A stretch of 44,974 nucleotides of DNA from an uncultured Saprospiraceae bacterium (GTDB taxonomy: Bacteria > Bacteroidota > Bacteroidia > Bacteroidales > CAYLPA01). Below are positions 9,701-19,247 of this stretch, piece by piece. The notes under the pieces are model-generated. The model saw nothing but the letters and a program-made list of their open reading frames with translations, was not told where the DNA came from and made no database searches. The stretch covers positions 6,343 to 51,316 of the forward strand of contig CAYLPA010000002.1 of NCBI GenBank assembly GCA_964385385.1, in the 5' to 3' direction. The position numbers were made by a program, and so were the translations under genes. Each line of letters starts with the position of its first letter. Position 1 is the first letter of the stretch.

Positions 9701-10624
9701 GATAAAGCTGCAACATACACAACTAAAGCAAATGACGTTACAAGTAGCAAAGTAAATTTTAAATTACGAAATAATATTCTTTACAAAGGTAAAGCTAGTA
9801 TAAAAAATGGTGAATTTACATTTTCGTTTGTTGTTCCTAAGGACATAGCGTATCAATATGGTTATGGGAAAATCAGCTACTATGCCGAAAATGGTGTAAC
9901 CGATGCTAATGGCTATTTCGAAAATATCATTATTGGAGGTTCATCTGATAATCCGGTTATTGATAATAGCGGTCCTAATATTGAACTTTTTTTGAATGAC
10001 GAAAAATTTGTTTTTGGTGGTATTACTGACGAAAATCCTTTGTTATTATCATTTGTTGCTGATTCAAATGGAATTAACACTGTTGGAAATGGCATTGGGC
10101 ATGATATTATTGCTATTCTTGATGAAAACACTGAAAAATCTATTGTTTTAAACGATTACTATGAAGCAGATTTAGATAGCTACAAAAAGGGAACAATTCG
10201 TTATCCATTTTCAGAATTAAGCGAAGGCACACACACACTAAAATTAAAAGTCTGGGATGTTTTAAATAATTCAACCGAAACAAACACCGAATTTGTTGTT
10301 GCAGAATCAGCCGAACTGGCATTAAGCCACGTATTAAACTATCCAAATCCCTTTACAACTAGAACATTATTTTATTTTGAACATAATCATCCTTGCTGTA
10401 ATCTTGATGTCCAAATACAAATTTTCACTATTTCGGGACGACTAATTAAAACTATTAACACTATTGTTCAAACAAATGGATTTAGAGCCGAGCCAATTCA
10501 CTGGGACGGAAAAGATGACTTTGGTGACAAAATCGGAATTGGAGTTTATATTTATAAATTAAGAGTAAAAACGCAAGATGATTCCTATTCCGAAAAAATT
10601 GAGAAACTGGTAATATTAAAATAA
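6746..10624 (+). CDS. porU: Type IX secretion system sortase PorU (peptidase C25)
   Basis: SVLSSGDWYKI, YLLLFGDGSYD, catalytic YTGHGG and TATCEF, LLGDP, and C-terminal CTD (NYPNPF...KLVILK). Directly upstream of porV. Confidence 0.95.
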   Translation: MKFKVFYFFVLLFLTLITSTFAQRSSNSKTLRWTGVKSEKISETEYLKMLSFDGAVYDYETKYLPLYFERFKIVSQNSTVNVILTNKVFKEFDSKTINQIKDLDLIKNDIVVKTSISVERKIPYATFSFVPIRKNPLSWKYEKLISFETQIKITASKEKKDLAGLKTYAKNSVLSSGDWYKISTPNSGIHKISYNELQAMGINASSINPKNIRIYGNGGGALPENNSEFRYDDLQENAIYVAGESDASFDSGDYILFYAQGPNTWKYNSASKIFNHYTNSYSDNAYYFINTDIGQGKRISIEPSSTLASNKSVDKFNARAFYEKDLLNLIKSGRVWYGEKFDIIRTYNNKFSFPNIVPTSRVHLKVDVAARSVSSTNNTFSTVANGNTLISSVSSVGTSYNSDFAKSSSDTMSFTTSNSNIDVSITFNNTSSSATGWLDYFELNTARYLKMQENHMAFRNIASVGLGNITKFSISNANSSLKIWDVTNHIEPKLIETTISGTILTFKVSTDSLREFVAHNGNYYYSTSFIEKVTNQNLHGLGQTDMIIVSHPEFVSQANRLANIHINNDGLSVVVVEPKQIYNEFSSGGQDITAIRDFVKMFYDNAGLKQNNMPKYLLLFGDGSYDNKNRLNNNTNYIPTFQTSQSLHPAFSYLTDDYYGLLDENEGAGAGGNLDIGIGRFPVKTAEEAKNMVDKIVRYTSNSKIQNTSCNNFTNAISNLGDWRNIICFIADDEEGNQHLYQADQLATMIDTSYKDYNVDKIYFDAYTQISTPGGQQYPEAKDAINKRVEKGALIINYTGHGGEIGWAHERVLEIPDINNWNNKNNMPVFVTATCEFSRFDDPARTSAGELVFLNPDGGAISMFTTSRLTYSTYNFTINKCFYNNVFKKNNNEYYKMGDIIRNAKVQSGSFSQNRNFVLLGDPALVLAYPELNALTTKINNVSVTNISVPDTLKALSKVEISGIIEDENGVQKTNFNGTIYPTVFDKAATYTTKANDVTSSKVNFKLRNNILYKGKASIKNGEFTFSFVVPKDIAYQYGYGKISYYAENGVTDANGYFENIIIGGSSDNPVIDNSGPNIELFLNDEKFVFGGITDENPLLLSFVADSNGINTVGNGIGHDIIAILDENTEKSIVLNDYYEADLDSYKKGTIRYPFSELSEGTHTLKLKVWDVLNNSTETNTEFVVAESAELALSHVLNYPNPFTTRTLFYFEHNHPCCNLDVQIQIFTISGRLIKTINTIVQTNGFRAEPIHWDGKDDFGDKIGIGVYIYKLRVKTQDDSYSEKIEKLVILK

Positions 10625-10765
10625 AAGCAACAAAGTTATTGCTATTTAGTATAAAATATTCTTATATTGCACAAGTTATTTTTTTTAAAAATTTTTCATA
10701 TATACAATATTTAAAGAATAATTCGTTATTTTTGTATTCTAAATTGAATAACAATTAATTTACAA

Positions 10766-12001
10766 ATGAATAAGAAAAACATAATTTTAGCCATTCTGTT
10801 GATATTTGGCATGCAAAGTTTTTCTCAAAATTATAATCAAACTTTGGGACAAACTACTGATGATGTAAATACGATAACTACTTCAGTACCATTTTTAATG
10901 ATAGCTCCTGATGCCAGAGCCGGCTCTATGGGAGATGCTGGTGTATCTTCATCACCAGATGCAAATTCGCAACACTGGAATCCTGCAAAATATGCATTTA
11001 TTGAAGATGATATGGGATTTGCTGTTTCTTACAGCCCATGGCTACGTTCTTTAGTAAACGACATTTATTTGGCATATTTATCCGGCTATAAAAGAATAGA
11101 CCGCAATCAAACAATTTCGGCTTCACTTTTGTTTTTCTCTCTCGGTGAAATTAATTTCACCAACAAAATAGGCGAATCAATTGGTTCTTTCAGTCCTAAT
11201 GAATTTGCCGTTGACCTTGCTTATTCTCGAAAATTTTCAGACAATTTCTCTGGAGCTGTTGCTTTAAGATATATCTATTCAAACTTAACAGGTGGAATTT
11301 TTGTTGGAGGTATTGAATCAAAACCCGGACAAACAATTGCCGCCGATATTTCAGTTTATTATCAAAAAGAATATGATTTAGGAGCCGAAGATGCTTTATT
11401 TGCTTTTGGTGCAAATATTTCTAATATAGGAAATAAAATTTCTTATACCGAAACAACAGAACGTGATTTTATTCCAATCAATTTTCGTTTAGGTCCATCA
11501 TTTACAATTAACCTTGATAAATATAATTCTTTAGCTTTGATGGTTGATGTCAACAAACTTTTAGTTCCAACACCTCCTATTTATAAACAAGATGATTCAA
11601 CAGGTCAATATATTGTAGGAGACGATGGCAAATATGAAATAGCAGAAGGACAAGACCCAGATCGTTCAGTTGTTAGCGGAATGTTTGGTTCGTTTAGTGA
11701 TGCTCCCGGTGGATTTAATGAAGAATTTCACGAATTAGCTTTTTCTGTTGGCCTTGAATATTGGTACGACAAACAATTTGCTATAAGAGCAGGATACTTT
11801 CATGAACACGAACTTAAAGGTAATAGAAAATATTTAACTCTTGGAGCAGGATTAAAATATAATGTTTTTGGTTTGGACTTTGCTTATTTAATTCCAGCTA
11901 CCAAAGATGTTAAAAGCCCTCTTGAAAATACACTTCGTTTCACATTATTATTTGATTTTGCAGCTTTCAAAGAACAAAACAAAAAACCATCAGTTAAATA
12001 A
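10766..12001 (+). CDS. porV: Type IX secretion system outer-membrane shuttle PorV
   Basis: ITTSVPFLMIAPDARAGSMGD, WNPAKYAF, SYSPWL, KGNRKY, SPLENTLRF. Confidence 0.95.
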   Translation: MNKKNIILAILLIFGMQSFSQNYNQTLGQTTDDVNTITTSVPFLMIAPDARAGSMGDAGVSSSPDANSQHWNPAKYAFIEDDMGFAVSYSPWLRSLVNDIYLAYLSGYKRIDRNQTISASLLFFSLGEINFTNKIGESIGSFSPNEFAVDLAYSRKFSDNFSGAVALRYIYSNLTGGIFVGGIESKPGQTIAADISVYYQKEYDLGAEDALFAFGANISNIGNKISYTETTERDFIPINFRLGPSFTINLDKYNSLALMVDVNKLLVPTPPIYKQDDSTGQYIVGDDGKYEIAEGQDPDRSVVSGMFGSFSDAPGGFNEEFHELAFSVGLEYWYDKQFAIRAGYFHEHELKGNRKYLTLGAGLKYNVFGLDFAYLIPATKDVKSPLENTLRFTLLFDFAAFKEQNKKPSVK

Positions 12002-12483
12002 TGAAAACCAGAGTTGGTTTAGGTTCCGATATTCATAAACTTGAAAAAGGCAAATCTTTTTCCATTGGCGGTATAAAAATTCCACACGATAAAGGAGCAG
12101 TTGGTCATTCCGATGCTGATGTTCTTATTCATGCAATTTGTGATGCACTTCTTGGAGCAGCAAATCTTAGAGATATAGGATTTCATTTCCCCGACACTTC
12201 CAGTGAATTAAAAAATATTGACAGTAAAATTTTATTGAAAAAAGTTGCAAAGCTCTTAAAAGATAAAGGATACAGAATCATTAATATTGACTCAATAATA
12301 AATCTCCAAAAACCAAAAATCTCTACTTACATTCCCGATATGCAAAAAGTCCTTTCTCTAACTATGGGAATTAAAGAAAATGATATTTCAATAAAAGCAA
12401 AAACTTCAGAAAATTTGGGATTTATTGGAAGAGAAGAAGGAGTTTCGGCACAAGCAGTTGCTTTGATTGCAAGCAATGATTAA
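12001..12483 (+). CDS. ispF: 2-C-methyl-D-erythritol 2,4-cyclodiphosphate synthase
   Basis: RVGLGSDIH, GHSDADVLIHAICDALLGA, DIGFHFPD. TAATG overlap with porV. Confidence 0.97.
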   Translation: MKTRVGLGSDIHKLEKGKSFSIGGIKIPHDKGAVGHSDADVLIHAICDALLGAANLRDIGFHFPDTSSELKNIDSKILLKKVAKLLKDKGYRIINIDSIINLQKPKISTYIPDMQKVLSLTMGIKENDISIKAKTSENLGFIGREEGVSAQAVALIASND

Positions 12484-12495
12484 TCTCTTTTTATT

Positions 12496-14394
12496 TTAAA
12501 GCAATTTTTTAACAGTTGAATAAATTCCATCAACATCAAATCCACATTCTTTATAAAGCTCGTCATTAGTTCCCTGTTCAACTATTCTATCGGGGATGCC
12601 AAGTTTTTTTACTTTAATATTATAGTTGTTTTCAGAAATAAAATCAACTATCGCACTACCCATCCCGCCAATAATAGTACCGTCTTCAATGGTAATAACA
12701 TTTTGATACTTTTTACAAACTTTATGTAAAATTTCTTCATCTAAAGGTTTCAGAAATCGTAAGTCAACGTGACCAATATTAATTCCTTCTTCTTTAAGTT
12801 TGTTACATACTTCAACAGCAAAATTTCCAACATGTCCGATTGTTATTAAAACAATTTTTTCTCCTTCTTCGATAATTCTTGATTTTCCAACTTCAATTTT
12901 TTCAAAAGGTTTTTTCCATTCTTTCAACACTCCCCTACCTTTAGGATAGCGTATTGCAAAAGGTCCTAAACCATCAAATTGAGCTGTAAACATTAGATTT
13001 CGCAACTCCACTTCGTTCATTGGTGAGGCAATAGTCATATTTGGAATACATCTTAAATAAGCAAGGTCGAAAGCTCCATGGTGAGTAGCACCATCTTCGC
13101 CAACTAAACCACCTCTGTCAAGGCAAAATACTATGTTTAAATTTTGTAAGGCAACATCATGAATTAATTGGTCATAAGCTCTTTGCATAAATGTTGAATA
13201 AATATTGCAAAAAGGTATCATCCCCTGAGAAGCAAGCCCGGCAGAATAAGTAACAGCATGTTGTTCGGCAATACCAACATCAAATGTTCTTTCAGGCATC
13301 TTTTCCATCATAATATTAAGTGAACAACCGGTAGGCATTGCAGGAGTTACGCCAACAATTTTTTTGTTTTGTTCAGCAAGTTCTAAAATAGTTTCTCCAA
13401 AAACAATTTGGTATTTTGAAGGCTTCCCATTGGTTTCAGGATTTACTATAATCTTTCCTGTTTTAGCATCAAATGTTCCGGGAGCATGATATTTTGTTTG
13501 GTTTTTTTCAGCTTTTCTTAATCCTTTTCCTTTGATGGTTTTAACATGAAGAAATTTAGGACCAGGCAATCGTGAAATATCTTTTAAAACCCTTGATAAT
13601 CTAACTACATCATGCCCATCAACCGGTCCGAAATATCTAAAATTCAATGACTCAAAATAATCACTTTCGTTTAATACAGATGATTTTAAAGCTTTATCCA
13701 TAGTTTGCAAAACAGCTCTTGGAAAGGGCCATCTTTTTCCGAATATCCCAAGAAAGTGCCATGTTCTTGTTTTTATTCTATTATATGTTTTCGATGTAAC
13801 AACATCAATAAGAAAATCTTTAAAATTTCCTACGTTTTTATCAATAGAAATATTGTTATCGTTTAAAATAACAATCAGATTTGCATTAGAAACTCCTGCA
13901 TTATTTAATCCCTCATAAGCAAGTCCGGCAGTCATAGCACCATCTCCAATAACAGCAATATGCTGGCGGTTTTTTTCGCCTTTTAATTTTGAAGCTATAG
14001 CCATGCCAAGAGCAGCAGAAACAGATGTTGATGAATGCCCCACACCAAAAGCATCGTATTCACTTTCAGAAATTTTAGGAAATCCACTTATACCTTTATA
14101 TTTACGATTTGTATGAAAAACATCTTTTCTGCCGGTAAGTATTTTATGAGCGTATGCCTGATGACCAACATCCCAAACAAGTTTATCGTAAGGAGTATTA
14201 AAAGCATAGTGAAGAGCAACAGCCATTTCAACTGTTCCAAGGCTTGCTCCGAGATGACCCGGATTTTTCGAAATTTCATCTATAATAAAATGACGTAGTT
14301 CCTTACAAAGCTTCGGTAAATCTGACTCACTTAATTTTTTAAGGTCGTCCGGACTATTTATTTTTTTTAATATTTCTCCTTGCTCAACTTGCAT
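12496..14394 (-). CDS. dxs: 1-deoxy-D-xylulose-5-phosphate synthase
   Basis: GHLGASLG, WDVGHQAY, GDGAMTAG, LNDN, GIAEQHA, DGATHHG. Confidence 0.97.
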   Translation of the reverse strand: MQVEQGEILKKINSPDDLKKLSESDLPKLCKELRHFIIDEISKNPGHLGASLGTVEMAVALHYAFNTPYDKLVWDVGHQAYAHKILTGRKDVFHTNRKYKGISGFPKISESEYDAFGVGHSSTSVSAALGMAIASKLKGEKNRQHIAVIGDGAMTAGLAYEGLNNAGVSNANLIVILNDNNISIDKNVGNFKDFLIDVVTSKTYNRIKTRTWHFLGIFGKRWPFPRAVLQTMDKALKSSVLNESDYFESLNFRYFGPVDGHDVVRLSRVLKDISRLPGPKFLHVKTIKGKGLRKAEKNQTKYHAPGTFDAKTGKIIVNPETNGKPSKYQIVFGETILELAEQNKKIVGVTPAMPTGCSLNIMMEKMPERTFDVGIAEQHAVTYSAGLASQGMIPFCNIYSTFMQRAYDQLIHDVALQNLNIVFCLDRGGLVGEDGATHHGAFDLAYLRCIPNMTIASPMNEVELRNLMFTAQFDGLGPFAIRYPKGRGVLKEWKKPFEKIEVGKSRIIEEGEKIVLITIGHVGNFAVEVCNKLKEEGINIGHVDLRFLKPLDEEILHKVCKKYQNVITIEDGTIIGGMGSAIVDFISENNYNIKVKKLGIPDRIVEQGTNDELYKECGFDVDGIYSTVKKLL

Positions 14395-14480
14395 TATGAA
14401 TTAAACCTATAATGAAATACTTTATTGTAAAATTAAGTTTTTTTAACAACAATTTACTCAAATTTCAAGACAAACTCTAA

Positions 14481-15683
14481 TTATGATTTTGTTATTATCT
14501 CCAATGTATCTTGTGCTATTACCAGTTCTTCATCTGTTGGAACAACTATCACTTTAACTTTAGAATTTTCTTTACTTAAAACAATTTCCTCTCCTCTTGA
14601 ACCTTTATTCTTTTCTGAATCAAATTCAAGTCCTAAATATTCAAAATTTTTGCTTATTCCTTCTCTTGTTGAATCAGCATTTTCACCAATCCCTCCTGTA
14701 AACACAATAATATCAACACCTCCCATAACAGCGGCATAAGCACCAATATACTTTCTAATTCTATAATTATAAATTTCAAGAGCTAATTTAGCTCTTTTAT
14801 TTCCATTAGCTGCTGCTGCTTCAACTTCACGCATATCAGAAGAAACTCCGGAAACTCCAAGTACACCACTATGTTTGTTGATTAAAGTATTGGCAGCAGC
14901 AAATCCGATATTTTCTTTTTCCATAATAAATGTTAGAACTCCTAAGTCAAGGTCTCCACAACGCGTTCCCATCATTAAACCTTCGACAGGAGTTAAACCC
15001 ATAGATGTATCCACTGATATTCCATCTTTAATTGCAGCAATGGAAGCTCCGTTGCCAAGATGACAAGTAATAATTTTTTGTTTAAAATAATCAACATCAA
15101 AAATTTCACAAGCACGTTTCGAAACATATCTATGGCTGGTTCCATGGAATCCATATCGTCTTATACCGTATTTTTCATATAGAGAATATGGAATTGCATA
15201 CATGTAGGCATATTCAGGCATTGTTTGATGGAATGCTGTATCGAAAGCACTAACTTGATGAACATCAGGTAAAAGTCTCTTCATAGCATAAATTCCATTC
15301 AAGTTTGGTGGGTTATGTAGTGGAGCTAGACCAAAATATTTTTTTATTTTATTAATAACAGCATCTGTTATTCTAACACTGGTATTAAATTCTTCACCTC
15401 CATGAACAACTCTATGACCAACTGCATCAATTTCATTAATATCTTTAATACAACCATGTTCTTTGCTAACTAAAACACCCAATACATATTCAATTCCAAT
15501 CTGATGGTCAACAATTTCACCAGTTAGCTTAACTTTATCACCATCAAATCTTGTATTTTTAAGGAATGAACCTTTTATTCCAATTTTTTCAATTATTCCT
15601 TTAGCCAAAACCTCTTTTGATGTCATTTCAAAGAGCTGATATTTTATAGATGAACTTCCACAGTTCAGAACTAATATTTTCAT
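14481..15683 (-). CDS. ackA: Acetate kinase
   Basis: VLNCGSSSIKY, GHRVVHGG, APLHNP, RRYGFHGTSH, HLGNGAS, FTGGIGEN. Confidence 0.97.
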   Translation of the reverse strand: MKILVLNCGSSSIKYQLFEMTSKEVLAKGIIEKIGIKGSFLKNTRFDGDKVKLTGEIVDHQIGIEYVLGVLVSKEHGCIKDINEIDAVGHRVVHGGEEFNTSVRITDAVINKIKKYFGLAPLHNPPNLNGIYAMKRLLPDVHQVSAFDTAFHQTMPEYAYMYAIPYSLYEKYGIRRYGFHGTSHRYVSKRACEIFDVDYFKQKIITCHLGNGASIAAIKDGISVDTSMGLTPVEGLMMGTRCGDLDLGVLTFIMEKENIGFAAANTLINKHSGVLGVSGVSSDMREVEAAAANGNKRAKLALEIYNYRIRKYIGAYAAVMGGVDIIVFTGGIGENADSTREGISKNFEYLGLEFDSEKNKGSRGEEIVLSKENSKVKVIVVPTDEELVIAQDTLEIITKS

Positions 15684-15741
15684 ATATTTTATTTTTAAAA
15701 TTATGACACTTAAACCAATAAGTGCTTTTTTTAATAATTAA

Positions 15742-16686
15742 TTACATTTTTTTTCCTTTATCGTCATATTTATAGAAACCTGCTTTTGTTGCTATTCCGA
15801 GTTGATTTTCATTTATCATTTTTTCAATCAAGGGAGAGGGTTTATATTTCAAATCCCCAAAACCATCATAAATATTATTAGCCCATCTTAACAATTTATC
15901 TAATCCAATTTTATCAGCCATTTCAAATGGTCCTAAAAACATACCCATACCAAATCTCATTGTTTTGTCAATATCTTCAATTCTACCAACACCTTCATTA
16001 AGAATATTACAAGCTTCATTAATAATTGAAACAAAAAGGCGAACACTAATAAGCCCGGTTGATTCTTTAACAGGAATAACAATTTTATTGAGTAATTCAA
16101 CAAACTTAATTGCATTTTTGTATGTTGATTCATTAGTGTGAAGTCCTTTGACAACCTCAACAATTGAAGCTTCGGGTGCTGATATTGTAATATGCAAATT
16201 AACACATCTTTCGGGATGATGAAGTTCAGATGCAAGTTCTGAGACTTTTAATGTTGAAGTATTAGTTGCAATAATAGTATCCTTTTCAACAGCTTTTTCT
16301 ATTTTTTTTAACACATCTTTACGAACAGCAAGAAAATTATTAGATGATTCAACTTTAAATGCCTCTATAACAATACTACAACCATTCAAAGCATTAAAGT
16401 CAGTACTCCCTTTAATTCTAGACAATATTGCTCTTTTTTCACCCTGCGTTATACTCCAGCGATTAATAATTTCATCAAGTTCAGCAGACATATCATCTAT
16501 AAAATTATTTATTTTCTCCTCTGATGTCTCAATAAAAATAACGTCAATGCCACGTCTGCTCACCATTTGAGCAATTTGGCATCCTACTGCTCCACCTCCA
16601 CATATACCAACTTTTGAAAAAAGTGATGAAGAGCCATTCATACTACTTAATCCATAATTTTCAATGGGCTCAATATTTTCTTTCAT
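15742..16686 (-). CDS. 3-hydroxyacyl/3-hydroxybutyryl-CoA dehydrogenase family protein (divergent active site)
   Basis: Rossmann GGGAVG, IEA, ATNTST, VEVV, GPFEMADKIGLD, GFYKY. Confidence 0.85.
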   Translation of the reverse strand: MKENIEPIENYGLSSMNGSSSLFSKVGICGGGAVGCQIAQMVSRRGIDVIFIETSEEKINNFIDDMSAELDEIINRWSITQGEKRAILSRIKGSTDFNALNGCSIVIEAFKVESSNNFLAVRKDVLKKIEKAVEKDTIIATNTSTLKVSELASELHHPERCVNLHITISAPEASIVEVVKGLHTNESTYKNAIKFVELLNKIVIPVKESTGLISVRLFVSIINEACNILNEGVGRIEDIDKTMRFGMGMFLGPFEMADKIGLDKLLRWANNIYDGFGDLKYKPSPLIEKMINENQLGIATKAGFYKYDDKGKKM

Positions 16687-16807
16687 ATTCTTTTTTTTTA
16701 TATTAAATTCCGTTTATTTTTTCTGTAATTAATTATATTATGATAACAACATTGTTAATTTTTTTTCATGAAATAAATTAAGGGTTTTCATTTTAACTAG
16801 AATCATT

Positions 16808-17812
16808 TTATTTCATTCCCTGTGCTTGATTAACTGTAATTGCAACAAGGTTAACAATATCGCTTACTGAACAACCTCTGGAAAGGTCATTGATAGGTGC
16901 TGCCATTCCTTGTAAAACAGGGCCAACTGCTTCGGCACCTGCCATTCTTTGAACTAACTTATATGCAATATTTCCAACTTCAAGATTTGGAAAAACTAAA
17001 ACATTTGCTTTTCCGGCAATTTTACTATCAGGAGCTTTTTTAATACCAATAGCTTCAATAATTGCAGCATCAGCCTGAAGTTCTCCATCAATTTGAAGAT
17101 TTGGTTCCATTTCTTTGGCAATTTTTGTTGCATTTACTACTTTGTCAACCATCTCGTGTTTTGCACTTCCTTTAGTTGAAAAACTAAGCATTGCCACTCT
17201 TGGTTCCATTCCACCAATTGATTTAGCTGTATTTGCAGTACAAATTGCAATTTGTGCTAATTCTTTTTCGCTTGGGTCAGGATGAACTGCACAATCGGCA
17301 AATACAATTACTCCATCGTCGCCAAATTTTTTATTATCTAAAATCATAAAAAAGGCTCCTGAAACAACACTTATTCCTGGGAGAGTTTTTACAATTTGAA
17401 AAGCAGGGCGTAAAACATTACCAGTTGAATTATCAGCTCCGGCAACTTCTCCGTCAGCATCTCCATTTTTAATCAATAAAGTAGCCAAATAAAGAGGATT
17501 TTCCACTAGTTTCAAAGCATCTTCTTTAGTTACTCCTTTACCTTTTCTGATTTCAAATAAAAGATTTGCATAAAAATCTTTCTTTTCATGATTTACAGGG
17601 TCAATTATAGTTGCTTTATTAATATTTTTCAAGTTCCACTTTGTAGCGAGATTATTAATTTTCTCGACATTTCCCAATAAAATAATTTTAGCGATATTTT
17701 CCTCAAGGATTATATTTGCAGCTTTTAATGTTCGCTCCTCTGTTCCTTCAGGCAAAACAATACGTTTATTATAATTTTTTGCATTGTTTCGAATAGTTTC
17801 CAGTAATGTCAT
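16808..17812 (-). CDS. pta: Phosphate acetyltransferase
   Basis: IVLPEG, FADCAV, AMLSFST, DGELQADAA, NDLSRGCS. Confidence 0.97.
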   Translation of the reverse strand: MTLLETIRNNAKNYNKRIVLPEGTEERTLKAANIILEENIAKIILLGNVEKINNLATKWNLKNINKATIIDPVNHEKKDFYANLLFEIRKGKGVTKEDALKLVENPLYLATLLIKNGDADGEVAGADNSTGNVLRPAFQIVKTLPGISVVSGAFFMILDNKKFGDDGVIVFADCAVHPDPSEKELAQIAICTANTAKSIGGMEPRVAMLSFSTKGSAKHEMVDKVVNATKIAKEMEPNLQIDGELQADAAIIEAIGIKKAPDSKIAGKANVLVFPNLEVGNIAYKLVQRMAGAEAVGPVLQGMAAPINDLSRGCSVSDIVNLVAITVNQAQGMK

Positions 17813-18017
17813 TCGGTGTTAATTTTAAATATAGGTAATTTTTCGGCTAAATTAGTAAAATTTCTTTTGAATTTATTAAGATTTAATCTTTAAAAATTAT
17901 AAATTATTTAATGAAAAAAAGTAAAGAAAATCAGAACATAAAAAATCAAGGTTTTCCTTGAGTCAATTTTATTTGAACTAATAAATCATTGTTTTTTACC
18001 ATTACACAAAATAATTA

Positions 18018-18025
18018 TAAATTTG
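18018..18025 (+). promoter_or_regulatory. Candidate Bacteroidota -7 promoter element
   Basis: TAAATTTG matches TAnnTTTG, divergent from pta and upstream of the 18150 gene. Confidence 0.4.
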
Positions 18026-18149
18026 CAGAAATAAAAATGACATTTGAACGAAAAATATATTAAAAAAGGTAAGGATGAATATTCCAATTACCTGTATATT
18101 TTTCGGCAATTTTATTTGTAAATTGTAAAATGAAATTAATAAGCACTGG

Positions 18150-19169
18150 ATGTTTAGCGAAACAAATGAATGGAAATCCAAAATAAAAGCCGACTCTACC
18201 GAATGGCTGTTGGAAAAAAATAATCCTTCGATTAGGTATTTTACTTTATGTAATATATTTGAACAAAAAATTAGTAATCCTGAAATACAAAAATTAAAAG
18301 ATGAAATTATGGTAACAGGGATTGTTCCCATAATCTTGGATAAACAAAGCAATGAAGGGTGCTGGTGTATTCCTGAAAATTTTTATGTTAAATCAAAATA
18401 CAAAGGCACTGTTTGGCAGATAATAATTTTAGCTGAACTCGGTGCAAATGGAAATGATAAACGCATTAAAAAAGCATACGAATTTATTTTGAAATATTCT
18501 CAGGACAGAAAAAGTGGTGGATTTTGCTACAGGGGAAATAAAAATCTTGGTGGAAATTCAGACTGTATTTTACCCTGCCTAACAGCCAATATGGTTTGGA
18601 GCTTAATAAGATTTGGATATTTGGAAGACCCCCGAGTTCAACATGGAATTGACTGGCTCATAAAATATCAACGATTTGATGACGGAATAGAAAATGCTCC
18701 CAAAGGATGGTTTTACGATAAATTTGAAGTATGCTGGGGAAAACATACTTGCCACATGGGAGTTGTTAAAACACTTAAAGCACTTGCAGAAATCCCCATT
18801 AATAAAAGGTCTGATGAAGTTAAGAAAACTATAGAAAAAGGAGCGGAATTTATTCTCAAACATCACATTCATAAAAGAAGCCATAACTTGAATCAAATTT
18901 CAAAACCCGAATGGCTACAATTTGGTTTTCCTCTGTTATGGAATACTGATGTTTTGGAAATTTTAGGAATACTTTCAAAACTTGCTTACAAAGACAAACG
19001 AATGCAGGAAGCTATGAATCTTCTAATATCAAAACAAAATAATGAAGGCAAATGGATATCAGAAACAAAATTTCATGGTCGTTTTATTGTAAATCTTGAA
19101 AAGAAAAACAAAGCAAGTAAATGGGTAACTTTAAATGCTTTGAAGGTATTGAAAGATTATTATGTGTGA
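18150..19169 (+). CDS. Prenyltransferase/squalene-cyclase-repeat (alpha/alpha toroid) protein of unknown function
   Basis: WLLEKNNPSIRY, QW-like repeats KQSNEGCW, YQRFDDG and KQNNEGKW, and SKWVTLNAL. This family is often mislabelled NifH, but no NifH P-loop is present. Confidence 0.7.
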   Translation: MFSETNEWKSKIKADSTEWLLEKNNPSIRYFTLCNIFEQKISNPEIQKLKDEIMVTGIVPIILDKQSNEGCWCIPENFYVKSKYKGTVWQIIILAELGANGNDKRIKKAYEFILKYSQDRKSGGFCYRGNKNLGGNSDCILPCLTANMVWSLIRFGYLEDPRVQHGIDWLIKYQRFDDGIENAPKGWFYDKFEVCWGKHTCHMGVVKTLKALAEIPINKRSDEVKKTIEKGAEFILKHHIHKRSHNLNQISKPEWLQFGFPLLWNTDVLEILGILSKLAYKDKRMQEAMNLLISKQNNEGKWISETKFHGRFIVNLEKKNKASKWVTLNALKVLKDYYV

Positions 19170-19247
19170 AAAAACATAAAGTATAACTTCATATTTGAGA
19201 CAAATTGTTTTCAGCATTACATCGTCCTAATTATTGTATGCTATTCT

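Noticed and set aside
7341-11414. Short alternative-frame and antisense ORFs inside porU and porV
   Set aside because: They lie fully within strong genes and have no motifs.
16752-16772. Rex operator between pta and the dehydrogenase gene
   Set aside because: Only one half resembles TTGTGAA; the palindrome is poor in AT-rich DNA.
18002-18352. 116-aa minus-strand ORF
   Set aside because: Antisense overlap with the 18150 gene and low-complexity hydrophobic composition.
12001-19169. Terpenoid biosynthetic cluster (ispF + dxs + cyclase-repeat protein)
   Set aside because: porV-ispF is ordinary Bacteroidota synteny, dxs is convergent, and the toroid protein lacks DxDD and is separated by the pta-ackA operon.
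18150-19169. NifH / nitrogen fixation
   Set aside because: No GKGGIGKS P-loop, no NifH cysteine motifs, and no nif genes nearby.
19181-19247. attC site downstream of the SIR2 gene
   Set aside because: No RYYYAAC complementary to the upstream TTAGAT, and only a weak bulged hairpin.
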